From Fibrobacteria bacterium (GTDB lineage: Bacteria > Fibrobacterota > Fibrobacteria > UBA11236): DNA of 64,000 nucleotides. A program made the translations under genes and the position numbers. Shown one piece after another: positions 10,846 through 19,895 of this stretch (its first letter is position 1; every line of letters begins with the position of its first letter). Below the pieces are notes generated by a model, which did no database searches, was not told the DNA's origin, and saw only the letters and a program-made list of their open reading frames with translations. The stretch is taken from contig JBGTHM010000125.1 of NCBI GenBank assembly GCA_041746255.1, positions 64,114 to 128,113 on the forward strand, read 5' to 3'.

Positions 10846-13800
10846 TTAAGCTTCTGTGTTGGTTGCATCCACTGGAGTAGAAGCCTGAGAAACTGTTTTC
10901 TCGTGAGAACAGGCGTTGCGAAACCGCTCCCATATATACTCGGATTGCGCGCGCGGTACGGGGCCGATTCGCCTCCATCTGCGATTGAGATCGCGGATGC
11001 GATCTTGGGTTTCTTCCGGTGACAGCGATTGCTCCGCAAGCTTTTCCGCTTCTTCGATGATCTCCAATTTCATGTCCAGGTTTTCCGCAGGATTTTCCTC
11101 TTTCAAGCCCAGAGCCTTTCTGCGGGCGGCGAAAAAATCATCACATGCGGCGCGGAAGCGATTCCAAATCGCGTCGCTTTTTTCCCGTGACACGGGGCCG
11201 ATTCCGCGCCATGCGCGTTGACAGTTTTTTACTCTCTCAGCGGCCTCATCCCAATTCATATCGGGATTGTGAAGGTTTTTTCCGAAGTTTTCGGAAAGTT
11301 TGGACAATTGCCAAGCCATGCGCGCCTGCGTTTCTTCTTCGTTCAGTTCGCGGCCACTTAACATTTCGATTTCGAAGCACAGGTCTTCCTTTTTCTTCAA
11401 ATTAGCTTCCCGGTCTTCGTCCCGCTGTGCAGCATTGGTTTTGAGATTTCCGAAAAAGGCGTCGCAGGCGCTGCGAAAGCGAAGCCACAATTGCCGGTCG
11501 ATTTCCCGCGGCGCTGGGCCTAAAGTGCGCCACTTCTCCTGCAAACTTTTGAAGCGCTCGGAGGTTTCTTTCCAATTGTTGGAATCGATCATGGCTTCGG
11601 CTTCGGCGCAAAGCTCCTCTTTAGCCGTCTGGTTGTCAGCCATCACGGATTTCCGTTGTTCATAAAAGGTATCGCAGGCTTTGCGGAAACGCTGCCACAG
11701 CTCCTCTTCGGCTTCGCGGGGGGCGGGCCCAGTCTCCTTCCAGGCGGCTTGCACCTCACGCACGCGATTGAATTTATCCTTGTCGGATTCCAATTCGTCG
11801 AGAGATTCGACAAGACGTACGAATTCCTCTTTCTTGACCTGATTGGCCGGTCTTTCGGCATCCATGTGTTCCAGGTATTGGTTGCGGGCCGTGAAAAATT
11901 TCTCGCAGGCGCCGTGAAAGCGCGCCCAGAGGGCTTCCGCCTTATCGCGGGGAACCGGACCGGCGGATTTCCATTGTTCCTGGAGTTCCTTGATTTTGGC
12001 AGCCGTCGCGCGCCAATCGGTGGAGTCCTGAAGCGATTCGGCCGTTTCACATAATTCTGTTTTCCGGGCCAGGTTGGCTTGCTGAAACGCATCCCGGGTA
12101 TCGTAAAAGGCTTTGCAAGCACTCCGATATCGGCTCCACAATGCATCGGTATGTTCTTTGGGCACCGCTCCCAGGGCCTTCCAAGCGCTTTGCGCCTCGC
12201 GCACGGTTTCCATGGCTTCACGCCAATCCTCGGCGTTGGCCATAGCTTCGATTTTAGCGCATAACTCTTCCTTGGCTTTGAGATTGCTCTCGCGCTCTTC
12301 GTCCAATTCGGCGAAGTATTCCTTACAGCGCTCGTATATCGTATCGCAAACCTGGTGGTAGCGTTCCCACAGGGCTTCGGAACTGTCCCAGGGAACGTGC
12401 CCCAGCGATTTCCATTGACCCGTGAGTTCGCGGAAGCGCGCCACCAGTATCTTTTTATCCTCGGTTTGCTGTAATTCTTCCAGCGCGGCGCAGATTTGTT
12501 GTTTGCCTTGGAGATTGGACCAACGCAGCCAGTCCAGCGCTTCGCGCAGCCTGTCCGTTATGGACCGATACCGGGTCTGCAATTTTTCATAATCTTCCGG
12601 CGATACCGGCCCTGCGTCTTTCCAGACTTGGTTTAAGCGCTTGAAATCTTTTTCGGCCGCCAGGAGATCATGGCTGTCGACCAAGTCTTCCATTTGCGAC
12701 AGCAGTTCTTCGCGTTTGCGGGTAGTTGCGTCGAAAGAATTCTTCAACAGGGAAGACGCTTCCGAAATGGCGGCATGGAATTTTTGTTCCAACTCCGGAT
12801 CGGTTCCGGCGCCGGGGAGGGATGCCAAGCGCGACCATTCGCCTTGTAGGTTTTCCAGGGTTCTACCGAGGTCGGCATGCTTGTCGGAGGGGGAGTCCGT
12901 GGATGGATTGCGTAGAGTCTGAGCCAGGGTTTCGGCGGCGATTCGCAAGCCTCCCCGAATATCCTGGGCCTCCTGTAACGTTTGGCTTTCCTTGGCTTCA
13001 CGGGCTTGTTGCCGGGATCGGTTTTCCAGGGCGGTAATGGCTTGGGAAAACCGCTTCCGCAAGGAGTCGTCTTCCGGGTTGGCCGTGTCCGCGGCAGGGA
13101 TCGCGTTCCATTGTCGCCGTATGCCGCTGAGGCGCTCCGCTGAGCTGCCATCGTCTTCGATATCTGCAAGCGACTCAAGCTCTTCGCAAATCCGGGTCTT
13201 GGCTTCTCTGGAAGCTTGTTCACGCCTCTCTTTTTCCTGAACCAGGATTTTTTCCTTTTTATAGAGGAATAAGCCCGTTTCAAAAACCTGGCGATTTCTA
13301 GCCAAGCGTTCACTTTGCTCGGAAGTAAGGTCGATTCCTTCGGTTTCCAATTGGGCAATGGCTTTTTGCGCTTCTTCCACTTGTTCGGAAAGCGGTTCCC
13401 ATGCTAAGGCATGCAGGCTATCGGAAAAGCCCGAGGCCTTTTCCGCTTGTTCGGCGGCTTTCTCAATGACCTGAAGGGCCAGCTCCATTTTGGCTTTATC
13501 GATGTTTCCGCGGTTCATTTTGGCCGCTTCTTTTTCGCGGAGCTTGAGTTTTTCCTTGGCGCCCAGCCGCACCGCTTTCAATTTGGCGTTGCGACCGAGG
13601 TTTTCCAATTGTCCCGATTGCCCGACTTTGGCGAGGGCTTTCAATGCGAGGGCCTCGTCGGTTTCCGCCATGGCCAGGTTATAAAATGCGCCGGCGCGCG
13701 TTACGCGCGCGAAGGCGTTGCGCCTTACTTCCAAAGACTGTGCGTTGACGGCGACGTCTTCCACGGATTTGGGATCGGTTATTTGCGCAAGCACGGCCAG

Positions 13801-14103
13801 GCGCTTTTGCAAGGCTTCGGGTGAAGCGGCTTCGGTCTTGGCCTCATCGGTGCGCAGGGAAGTGAGTTTCTTACGCGCCCACTCCTGAATTGATTTTTCC
13901 TGGCTTTTTTCAAGCAGGGCCGTCAGCTTGTTGATATCGGTCAATTTACGGGCTGCTGTCATTCTATTGGCCGGTTCGGCGGCTTCGAGCGCGACGGTCA
14001 GAAGCAGGCTTTGCTGTTCGGAATCCATGGCGTAAATCGCGGCCGCGCGAACGGCGGGATTGCTGTGTTTCCATTGCGGCTTGAAAAAATCGGTGAAACC
14101 CAT
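10846..14103 (-). CDS. DUF349 repeat-containing protein (1085 aa)
   Basis: N-terminal KPQWKHSNPAVR; many repeats of the type K..LC..AE.L.....W......K.LQ..WK..GPVP......LW.RF..ACD.FF. Confidence 0.9.
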   Translation of the reverse strand: MGFTDFFKPQWKHSNPAVRAAAIYAMDSEQQSLLLTVALEAAEPANRMTAARKLTDINKLTALLEKSQEKSIQEWARKKLTSLRTDEAKTEAASPEALQKRLAVLAQITDPKSVEDVAVNAQSLEVRRNAFARVTRAGAFYNLAMAETDEALALKALAKVGQSGQLENLGRNAKLKAVRLGAKEKLKLREKEAAKMNRGNIDKAKMELALQVIEKAAEQAEKASGFSDSLHALAWEPLSEQVEEAQKAIAQLETEGIDLTSEQSERLARNRQVFETGLFLYKKEKILVQEKERREQASREAKTRICEELESLADIEDDGSSAERLSGIRRQWNAIPAADTANPEDDSLRKRFSQAITALENRSRQQAREAKESQTLQEAQDIRGGLRIAAETLAQTLRNPSTDSPSDKHADLGRTLENLQGEWSRLASLPGAGTDPELEQKFHAAISEASSLLKNSFDATTRKREELLSQMEDLVDSHDLLAAEKDFKRLNQVWKDAGPVSPEDYEKLQTRYRSITDRLREALDWLRWSNLQGKQQICAALEELQQTEDKKILVARFRELTGQWKSLGHVPWDSSEALWERYHQVCDTIYERCKEYFAELDEERESNLKAKEELCAKIEAMANAEDWREAMETVREAQSAWKALGAVPKEHTDALWSRYRSACKAFYDTRDAFQQANLARKTELCETAESLQDSTDWRATAAKIKELQEQWKSAGPVPRDKAEALWARFHGACEKFFTARNQYLEHMDAERPANQVKKEEFVRLVESLDELESDKDKFNRVREVQAAWKETGPAPREAEEELWQRFRKACDTFYEQRKSVMADNQTAKEELCAEAEAMIDSNNWKETSERFKSLQEKWRTLGPAPREIDRQLWLRFRSACDAFFGNLKTNAAQRDEDREANLKKKEDLCFEIEMLSGRELNEEETQARMAWQLSKLSENFGKNLHNPDMNWDEAAERVKNCQRAWRGIGPVSREKSDAIWNRFRAACDDFFAARRKALGLKEENPAENLDMKLEIIEEAEKLAEQSLSPEETQDRIRDLNRRWRRIGPVPRAQSEYIWERFRNACSHEKTVSQASTPVDATNTEA

Positions 14104-14266
14104 GTATGACTCCTTGAAAAGACAGAGGACGGCCCGGCATGCATGCCCGCCGTTAAGGCGGTTTTAGGCCGCCCGGGGTAAATTCGTTGGTCTACAGTGT
14201 AAAAATTGCGGACAGCCCTGAAAAGGCGTGAAAAGGGGAAAGTCAGGTGATATTTGAGATTTCGCT

Positions 14267-14279
14267 GTGACCACCGTCA
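14267..14279. repeat. 13-bp palindromic direct repeat GTGACCACCGTCA, copy 1
   Basis: Identical to 17891-17903; GTGAC-N4-GTCA(T/C), resembling TGTGA-N6-TCACA. Confidence 0.6.
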
Positions 14280-14400
14280 TTGAACCATGTGGGGAGGGGA
14301 CTTATGTTTCACCCCTGAGACAGTTCAAGGCTCTGGATTATTGTAGGCAGCCCTCAATACCGGGTGGATGCCGCCACTTTCTGGACTCAAACCGGGGACA

Positions 14401-15000
14401 ATGACTAAAGGAATCTGGATTATCCTTATGTGCCTTTTCGGGGTTTCCTTTCCCTATGGAGAACTCTCTCTCGTCGCACCCGATGGCAGGCTTGACGGGG
14501 CTGCCGTCAATTTGATGTTTCACGAAGGTGAGCTCGAGCCTTTGGCTGACCGCCTTGAAGCTTACCTGAAGGTCACTCCCGAAAGTAATGAGGAAGATAG
14601 GCTGATAGCCTATAAATTTTTGGGGATAATCCACTCTTCGAGACCGGAGTCCCGCCTTAAAGGTGAGAGCTATTTTTACCAAATGCTTAAAATTGCGCCC
14701 AATATTGAATTGGTGCAGCCATATGTTTCCGACCGGATTCAGGAGGTATTCCAGAACGTGAAAAAGGAATACCATAAACGCGAAGCTCTCACCAAATTGC
14801 ACGATGAACTGGGTCGTCCGATTGAACTATCGGACTCCATTTCCGAACCGGTAGATAAAAAAAAGGGCAAGCGCAGAATTTGGGCGCTGGTCGGCGCAGG
14901 AGCGGGATTGGCGACTGCAGGGGGTGTCGTTGCCTGGTATATGACGTCTGACAGGGGAAACAAAAAAGCTGACCCTCAGATCATTGAGGTGGAGCCATGA
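14401..15000 (+). CDS. Exported hypothetical protein with a helical (TPR-like) domain and a C-terminal hydrophobic Gly/Ala segment
   Basis: Signal-like N-terminus from ATG 14401 (MTKGIWIILMCLFG); C-terminal WALVGAGAGLATAGGVVAWYM; ATGA overlap with the next gene. Confidence 0.75.
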   Translation: MTKGIWIILMCLFGVSFPYGELSLVAPDGRLDGAAVNLMFHEGELEPLADRLEAYLKVTPESNEEDRLIAYKFLGIIHSSRPESRLKGESYFYQMLKIAPNIELVQPYVSDRIQEVFQNVKKEYHKREALTKLHDELGRPIELSDSISEPVDKKKGKRRIWALVGAGAGLATAGGVVAWYMTSDRGNKKADPQIIEVEP

Positions 15001-17756
15001 GCAATCAAGTCTTATCGAAACTGGGATACGGACTATTGCTGGTTGCATCGGTATTTATCCTACAATTTTGCACTCAACCCGAATCAGAACCCAAATCCCC
15101 TCGAGTACTTTCTTTTAATCTTAATGATTCCTTAGAGCGATACGATAGCTTGTCCCTGATACTAGCCGATGAATTTGGAAAGCCCATCGACACGATTTTT
15201 TCAGGGCGGGTTACCCAGGAAACATCCATAAAAAAGTACACGCTCCCGTCAGGATTGAATCGGTTTCAGATAATCCGTACAGGATGGAAATCCGATGGAA
15301 TCGACGTAAAGACGCTAATCTATTCCGGAACGGAATTGACTGAAGAAGTCTTCACATCCCAATCTTTGGTGCCTGGAAAGGACCCGTTAAATACAGGGAA
15401 TAAACCCGGGGTGAAATTGGATTCAATTCGTGTCGGAAAATTCGTGGAGGGGCTAATTGGTAGGATCGAGTTTTGGGGGCGTTCCGAGTCAAAATCGAGT
15501 CGTATCGAAGTGGTAAAGAAACCGGAAGCGGCGGACTTTGAGTTTACGGAAAAACAGGGAAGTTTCAGTGCCGTACTGGAATGGAAACCCAACGAGACGG
15601 ATATAGGTGAGCACGCATTGGTGTTCCGGATTTTGGATAGTGTGGCCGCAATGGATACGGTATTGAAGGTGACGGTATCCGGTGCTTATTCGCTGAATCT
15701 TTCTTCGCAGGGAGATGGGGAAGTGAGGCCATCGGGGAAGCATAAGGCGATTGGGCCTTTGGGGGTGAGGGCAATCGCAGGCCCGGGCGCCTTTTTCCAA
15801 AAGTGGCTCATAGTCAGCGGCAAACCGGAAATAGACGATGTTTTCCAAGATTCCACCCGGATTACCCTACGCGAGGGCGATGTGCAAGTCGTCGCCGTTT
15901 TCAACGCCACCCCTCCCCCCAAAGTTCATTTTACTTCGCCTACGGCGGGGCTGAAATTCCAAAAGGATATTCCCATCGAAGTGAAGGTGAATGTGAATGA
16001 TTCGGGTGGAAAGATCAGCCGCATGGTGCTGACTTGGCGGAACCTAACTTATGGTAAGGAAGCGGAGATTCCCATGGAAAAACCTCCATTCGAGCGCTCC
16101 TTGGATTCACTTCTCGGCGGTAGCTATGCTTTAATCGTAAGTGCTTTGGGCGAGAATGGCGCAGAAGGACGTGACTCCCTCAATTTCAGCATCCACTCTC
16201 CGCCCATGGTGAAAATGCAATCCACACACGTTTCGGTGGCTGCCGGAGATTCGGCACGCTTTCAATCCCAATTGGCCGAAGGCGCCTACCCGGAACCCGT
16301 TTATCAGTGGAAAAGGGAAAATAAGACCCTGCCGGAATCGGGAGCTGAACTCCTTTTTCCTTCTGTCGCATACGGCGACGAGGGAACCTATTCGCTGCTG
16401 GTTTCCAACGAAGCGGGTTCGATGGAATTAAAGGACTTAACCCTTGAAGTCAAAGACGTGATCCCACCGAAGCTGGCGCTGGTTGGCGCGGTCGACACAG
16501 TAATCGCCATCAATTCCTTTTTCGCCGAACCCGGGGTTAAGGCGACGGATGATAAGGATGGCGAGATTACCGACCGAATTCGGGTGAGCGGCGCAGTTAA
16601 TCCCCAGAAAATCGGGAAATACTCCCTGACCTATACCGTTGAGGATATGGCGAAAAATTCCACGTCGATGGTAAGAACGGTAATAGTCGCGGGATGGGCG
16701 CTGGTGGATTCGACGAAGATCTGTTGTTCAACTTATATGGCGGGTATTGCGGCGAATGAAGATGGCGATCTCTTTCTTGCCTATTTGGACCGGTTGAACA
16801 CGGTTCATTTGTTGAAAAAACCTGCGGTCGGGGATTGGGTGGAATTGGCTGCGATGAAGGTCAGTGAAGATGTGAGGTCGGTGCGGATTAAGGTTTCACC
16901 CTTAGATAGACTACCTCGTATTGCATCATTGGCATGGAGTTCTGGCATAAAGTCGTATAAATGGAATGGGCATCAATTGGAGCAAACACACGATTTTTCC
17001 ACTTATGTGCCCGACAATACAGAAGCGTTTGATTTTGCAATTTCACCCGTTACCGGCTTTCCTGTTTTTTTGTTTTCTAAGGATTGGAGTGCGCGTTGGT
17101 ATACATCAGAAAAAATCGATTCTCCTCTTTTTGAACCCCAAGGGTTTATAGCAGATTATGCCGGTGATGATGTGTTTTCCATAAGTATGTCCCGGCAAGG
17201 AATTCCCTACATAACCTTTAACCTTGGGGATAACAAGGTTGTGGTTTACAAATATGTAGGGGAGAGTTGGGAACAAGTGGGTCCTGTAGTTGCGGATTAT
17301 TCCCAATATCCCTCGAATGGAAAAAGAAAACAAATCAAGTTGGATGCTGACGGGAGGCCTATAATCGCCATCTTTCCCGAAGGAAAGGCCCCTACGGTAT
17401 TTCGCCTGGCTTCGCAGTGGTGGGCAAACCTTTCGGGAATAGAAGACGAGAAGTTACAGTCCTGCAAAGGTGGAGCCTTGACCGTAGACGCAGGGAATTC
17501 ACCCGTAATCGCCTGCATTCAGGAATCTCAGGGGGCGTACAACGGAATCGTGGTCAAGCAATATCGGAAAGACAAATGGATATCAATGCCGGAGACTGAT
17601 CCTTCCGTCTTGTGGCTGGGTCATTCCCTTAACTTCCATAAACTTGCTCTTGAGGTTTCACCAGAGGGGGACCTTTATTTAGCGGCAGCGGAAGGGAATG
17701 GCTCCACCGATAGAATTTATGTCTGGAAATACCATGATCCGTCGACATTGAAATAA
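14997..17756 (+). CDS. Large surface lipoprotein with Ig-like/cadherin-like, DUF5011(HYR)-like and putative beta-propeller domains
   Basis: Lipobox-like ILQFC; Ig motif YQWKR...DEGTYSLLVSNEAG; DUF5011 motif EPGVKATDDKDGEIT...GKYSLTYTVED; C-terminal repeats ending in W. Confidence 0.8.
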   Translation: MSNQVLSKLGYGLLLVASVFILQFCTQPESEPKSPRVLSFNLNDSLERYDSLSLILADEFGKPIDTIFSGRVTQETSIKKYTLPSGLNRFQIIRTGWKSDGIDVKTLIYSGTELTEEVFTSQSLVPGKDPLNTGNKPGVKLDSIRVGKFVEGLIGRIEFWGRSESKSSRIEVVKKPEAADFEFTEKQGSFSAVLEWKPNETDIGEHALVFRILDSVAAMDTVLKVTVSGAYSLNLSSQGDGEVRPSGKHKAIGPLGVRAIAGPGAFFQKWLIVSGKPEIDDVFQDSTRITLREGDVQVVAVFNATPPPKVHFTSPTAGLKFQKDIPIEVKVNVNDSGGKISRMVLTWRNLTYGKEAEIPMEKPPFERSLDSLLGGSYALIVSALGENGAEGRDSLNFSIHSPPMVKMQSTHVSVAAGDSARFQSQLAEGAYPEPVYQWKRENKTLPESGAELLFPSVAYGDEGTYSLLVSNEAGSMELKDLTLEVKDVIPPKLALVGAVDTVIAINSFFAEPGVKATDDKDGEITDRIRVSGAVNPQKIGKYSLTYTVEDMAKNSTSMVRTVIVAGWALVDSTKICCSTYMAGIAANEDGDLFLAYLDRLNTVHLLKKPAVGDWVELAAMKVSEDVRSVRIKVSPLDRLPRIASLAWSSGIKSYKWNGHQLEQTHDFSTYVPDNTEAFDFAISPVTGFPVFLFSKDWSARWYTSEKIDSPLFEPQGFIADYAGDDVFSISMSRQGIPYITFNLGDNKVVVYKYVGESWEQVGPVVADYSQYPSNGKRKQIKLDADGRPIIAIFPEGKAPTVFRLASQWWANLSGIEDEKLQSCKGGALTVDAGNSPVIACIQESQGAYNGIVVKQYRKDKWISMPETDPSVLWLGHSLNFHKLALEVSPEGDLYLAAAEGNGSTDRIYVWKYHDPSTLK

Positions 17757-17890
17757 TTCGGATCATTTTTCCGCATCGAGCAGAATCTACCCAGGCATCC
17801 TGCGCCATGGGATCAAATCAACTTGGGGGCAAATTTACCCGCCCAACTTAACATATATGATAAGTTCGAGCGGAATATTTCTTGGGATTA

Positions 17891-17904
17891 GTGACCACCG
17901 TCAC
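17891..17904. repeat. Palindromic direct repeat GTGACCACCGTCAC, copy 2
   Basis: Matches 14267-14279; lies about 85 nt upstream of the Hcp-fusion start. Confidence 0.6.
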
Positions 17905-17986
17905 CCGGCCCTCCCTCACTCCGAAGCCATGTTGGTATCTTTCCGTACTCGAACCCGTTGACCCGATTCCCTTTCTCGATTAAGCC

Positions 17987-19894
17987 ATGCCGCTCAAAAC
18001 CTATATCCGCCTTGCCGGCGTAAACGGATTCTTTCCCGGCCCCATCGACTTGCCCCGCCGTGAGAATTGCTATCCGCTGCTGGAAGGCGCGCACTCCGTG
18101 CGCATGTTGCGACAGCGCAGCAACGGATTTACCGGCACCCGCCACCTCCGCTTCCACGAACCTTTTTTCGCCTCCTTTCCCCTGGATAAAGCCTACCCTT
18201 CGTTGATGCAATGCCTGTGCCATAGCGGCACTTTGCCTCTGGTGGAAATTTCGCTGTGGGATTTGGTGGAAGGGAGCTTCGAGGAGGAGCCGAAGGAAAA
18301 ACGGATTTTCCTTTATACGCTGGAAAATGTGAAACTGACCCAGGTGCGCACGCTGATGCGCGTTGCAAAGCTGGACGGAAAATTGCTACAAGCGCGCGTG
18401 GCGATGGTCTATGACAAGGTGACGTGGCTGCATGACGAGGGCTATCTCCTTTTCTGGGATAGCTTGAAGGATACGGGCAAGGAGGAGGCCAAGGAGGAGC
18501 CCGATCGGGGCGACGCGGAACCCGCGCCGGCTCCGGTTAAAAAGGTGGTCGAGGTGTTGCTGCAAAATCCCGTATGGGATTCGACGGAAGTGGGCTTCAA
18601 TGAAGAAGCCACGCTGTCGGTGGAATGCCAATTGCCGGAGGAACATAAAAACCGCAAGCGAGTACAGTTCGTGCTTTTCGCCAAGACCCCGAACGGTCCC
18701 GAGCAAATCGCCAAAGCCGACGGATTCACGGAAAACGGTCGTGCGACTTGTAAGATGCCGGTGTTTAAGCCTCAATATCACGGGAACGGTGAGGCTCCGA
18801 AAGAAGTGGAATATTTTTTCACCGCCAAACATACGCTGTCGGAGCCGTTGGATTCGGGGGCCAAGCCCGAAGGCGTGAAGTCGGTGGATAAGATGGCGGA
18901 ACCGCTGATCGACACGCATGTGGTGGTGGGCGTAACGTTTGGATTCGATTCGAGTTTTCTGCACCCGGACCAGATTCCAAAGTTGAAAGAATTGTGCGAG
19001 AAAATCGGGGCTTGGAGGAAGAGTTATCCCGACGGTAAGATGGCGTTGTTCGGGCATACGGATGCAGTGGGTAAGGAGTCCTACAACAAGGGGCTGTCGG
19101 AGCGGCGGGCGCGTTCGGTTTATGCGTTTTTGATGGGCGATTCGAGCGTGTGGGAGAATTTGCACAAGGAGGAGAATTGGAGTTTCGCCTGCACGCAAGC
19201 TTTGGTGAAGCAGGCGGGTTACGATCCCGGGGCGATTGACGGGTCGGATGGGCCGAAGACGCAAGGGGCGGTGAAGGGTTTTCAGGAATCACAGGGGCTT
19301 AAGGCCGATGGGATTGCGGGACCCAAGACGCGGGAGGCATTGTTTACTGGGTTTCTCGACGCAGTGCCGGAATTCAAGGGTCTGGGCTTGAAGACGAAGA
19401 ATTTTGACAAGGTGGACGGGCAGCCGAATATGGGTTGCAGCGAGTTCAACCGGGTGGAGGTCGTGGAGGGTAGGAGTGAGGCCAACCGGCGGGTAACGGT
19501 TTTGTTGGTGAAATCGAGCCAGACCTTTCCGATGGAGTATCCCTGTAAGCGCGGGAATATCGGGCCGTGCCAGAGTCAGGTAAAGAAGGCGGGAGAGCGG
19601 CGGACTAAGGGGTTCGGGTGTAAGTTTTATGATGGGTTGGTGGTGGAGGCGGTGATTTCACCTTCTGGGAGTCAGACATCGAAACCACAAAATCGCCGGA
19701 TTCGGATTCTGGATTTGGATGGAAACCCCTTACCCGATGCGGGTTTGTGTATGGACAATGGGGATAAATTGTCTCCCGATAACGAGGGCTGGTGTGAACT
19801 GACCCCGGAATACGGGTCCGCTACCGAATTTCACGTGGATACCCAGGCGATCGCAATGTATTGGAATTTGAATAAAAATGAGGGGATAGCTTAA
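17987..19894 (+). CDS. Hcp/TssD (T6SS tube)-like domain fused to Ig-like, OmpA-like (with inserted PG_binding_1) and C-terminal transthyretin-like domains
   Basis: aa 1-160 follow the Vibrio-type Hcp pattern (HSV...G.R.HEPF....LDKA.P.L.Q.L.....L..VEI..W...YTLENV.......V...YDKVTW.H). OmpA motifs FGFDSS, GHTDAVGKESYNKGLSERRA, NRRV. PG-binding motif GYDPGAIDG.DGPKT..AVK.FQ...GL.ADGIAGPKT. No signal peptide. Confidence 0.8.
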   Translation: MPLKTYIRLAGVNGFFPGPIDLPRRENCYPLLEGAHSVRMLRQRSNGFTGTRHLRFHEPFFASFPLDKAYPSLMQCLCHSGTLPLVEISLWDLVEGSFEEEPKEKRIFLYTLENVKLTQVRTLMRVAKLDGKLLQARVAMVYDKVTWLHDEGYLLFWDSLKDTGKEEAKEEPDRGDAEPAPAPVKKVVEVLLQNPVWDSTEVGFNEEATLSVECQLPEEHKNRKRVQFVLFAKTPNGPEQIAKADGFTENGRATCKMPVFKPQYHGNGEAPKEVEYFFTAKHTLSEPLDSGAKPEGVKSVDKMAEPLIDTHVVVGVTFGFDSSFLHPDQIPKLKELCEKIGAWRKSYPDGKMALFGHTDAVGKESYNKGLSERRARSVYAFLMGDSSVWENLHKEENWSFACTQALVKQAGYDPGAIDGSDGPKTQGAVKGFQESQGLKADGIAGPKTREALFTGFLDAVPEFKGLGLKTKNFDKVDGQPNMGCSEFNRVEVVEGRSEANRRVTVLLVKSSQTFPMEYPCKRGNIGPCQSQVKKAGERRTKGFGCKFYDGLVVEAVISPSGSQTSKPQNRRIRILDLDGNPLPDAGLCMDNGDKLSPDNEGWCELTPEYGSATEFHVDTQAIAMYWNLNKNEGIA

Positions 19895-19895
19895 G

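Noticed and set aside
14125..14180. GC-rich hairpins (GGCATGCATGCC, CCGCC-gttaa-GGCGG) upstream of the DUF349 gene
   Set aside because: No match to a riboswitch or tRNA that I can recognise; short stems are expected at this GC content.
18386..19264. 292-aa - strand ORF inside the Hcp fusion
   Set aside because: Arg/His/Leu-rich antisense shadow caused by codon bias.
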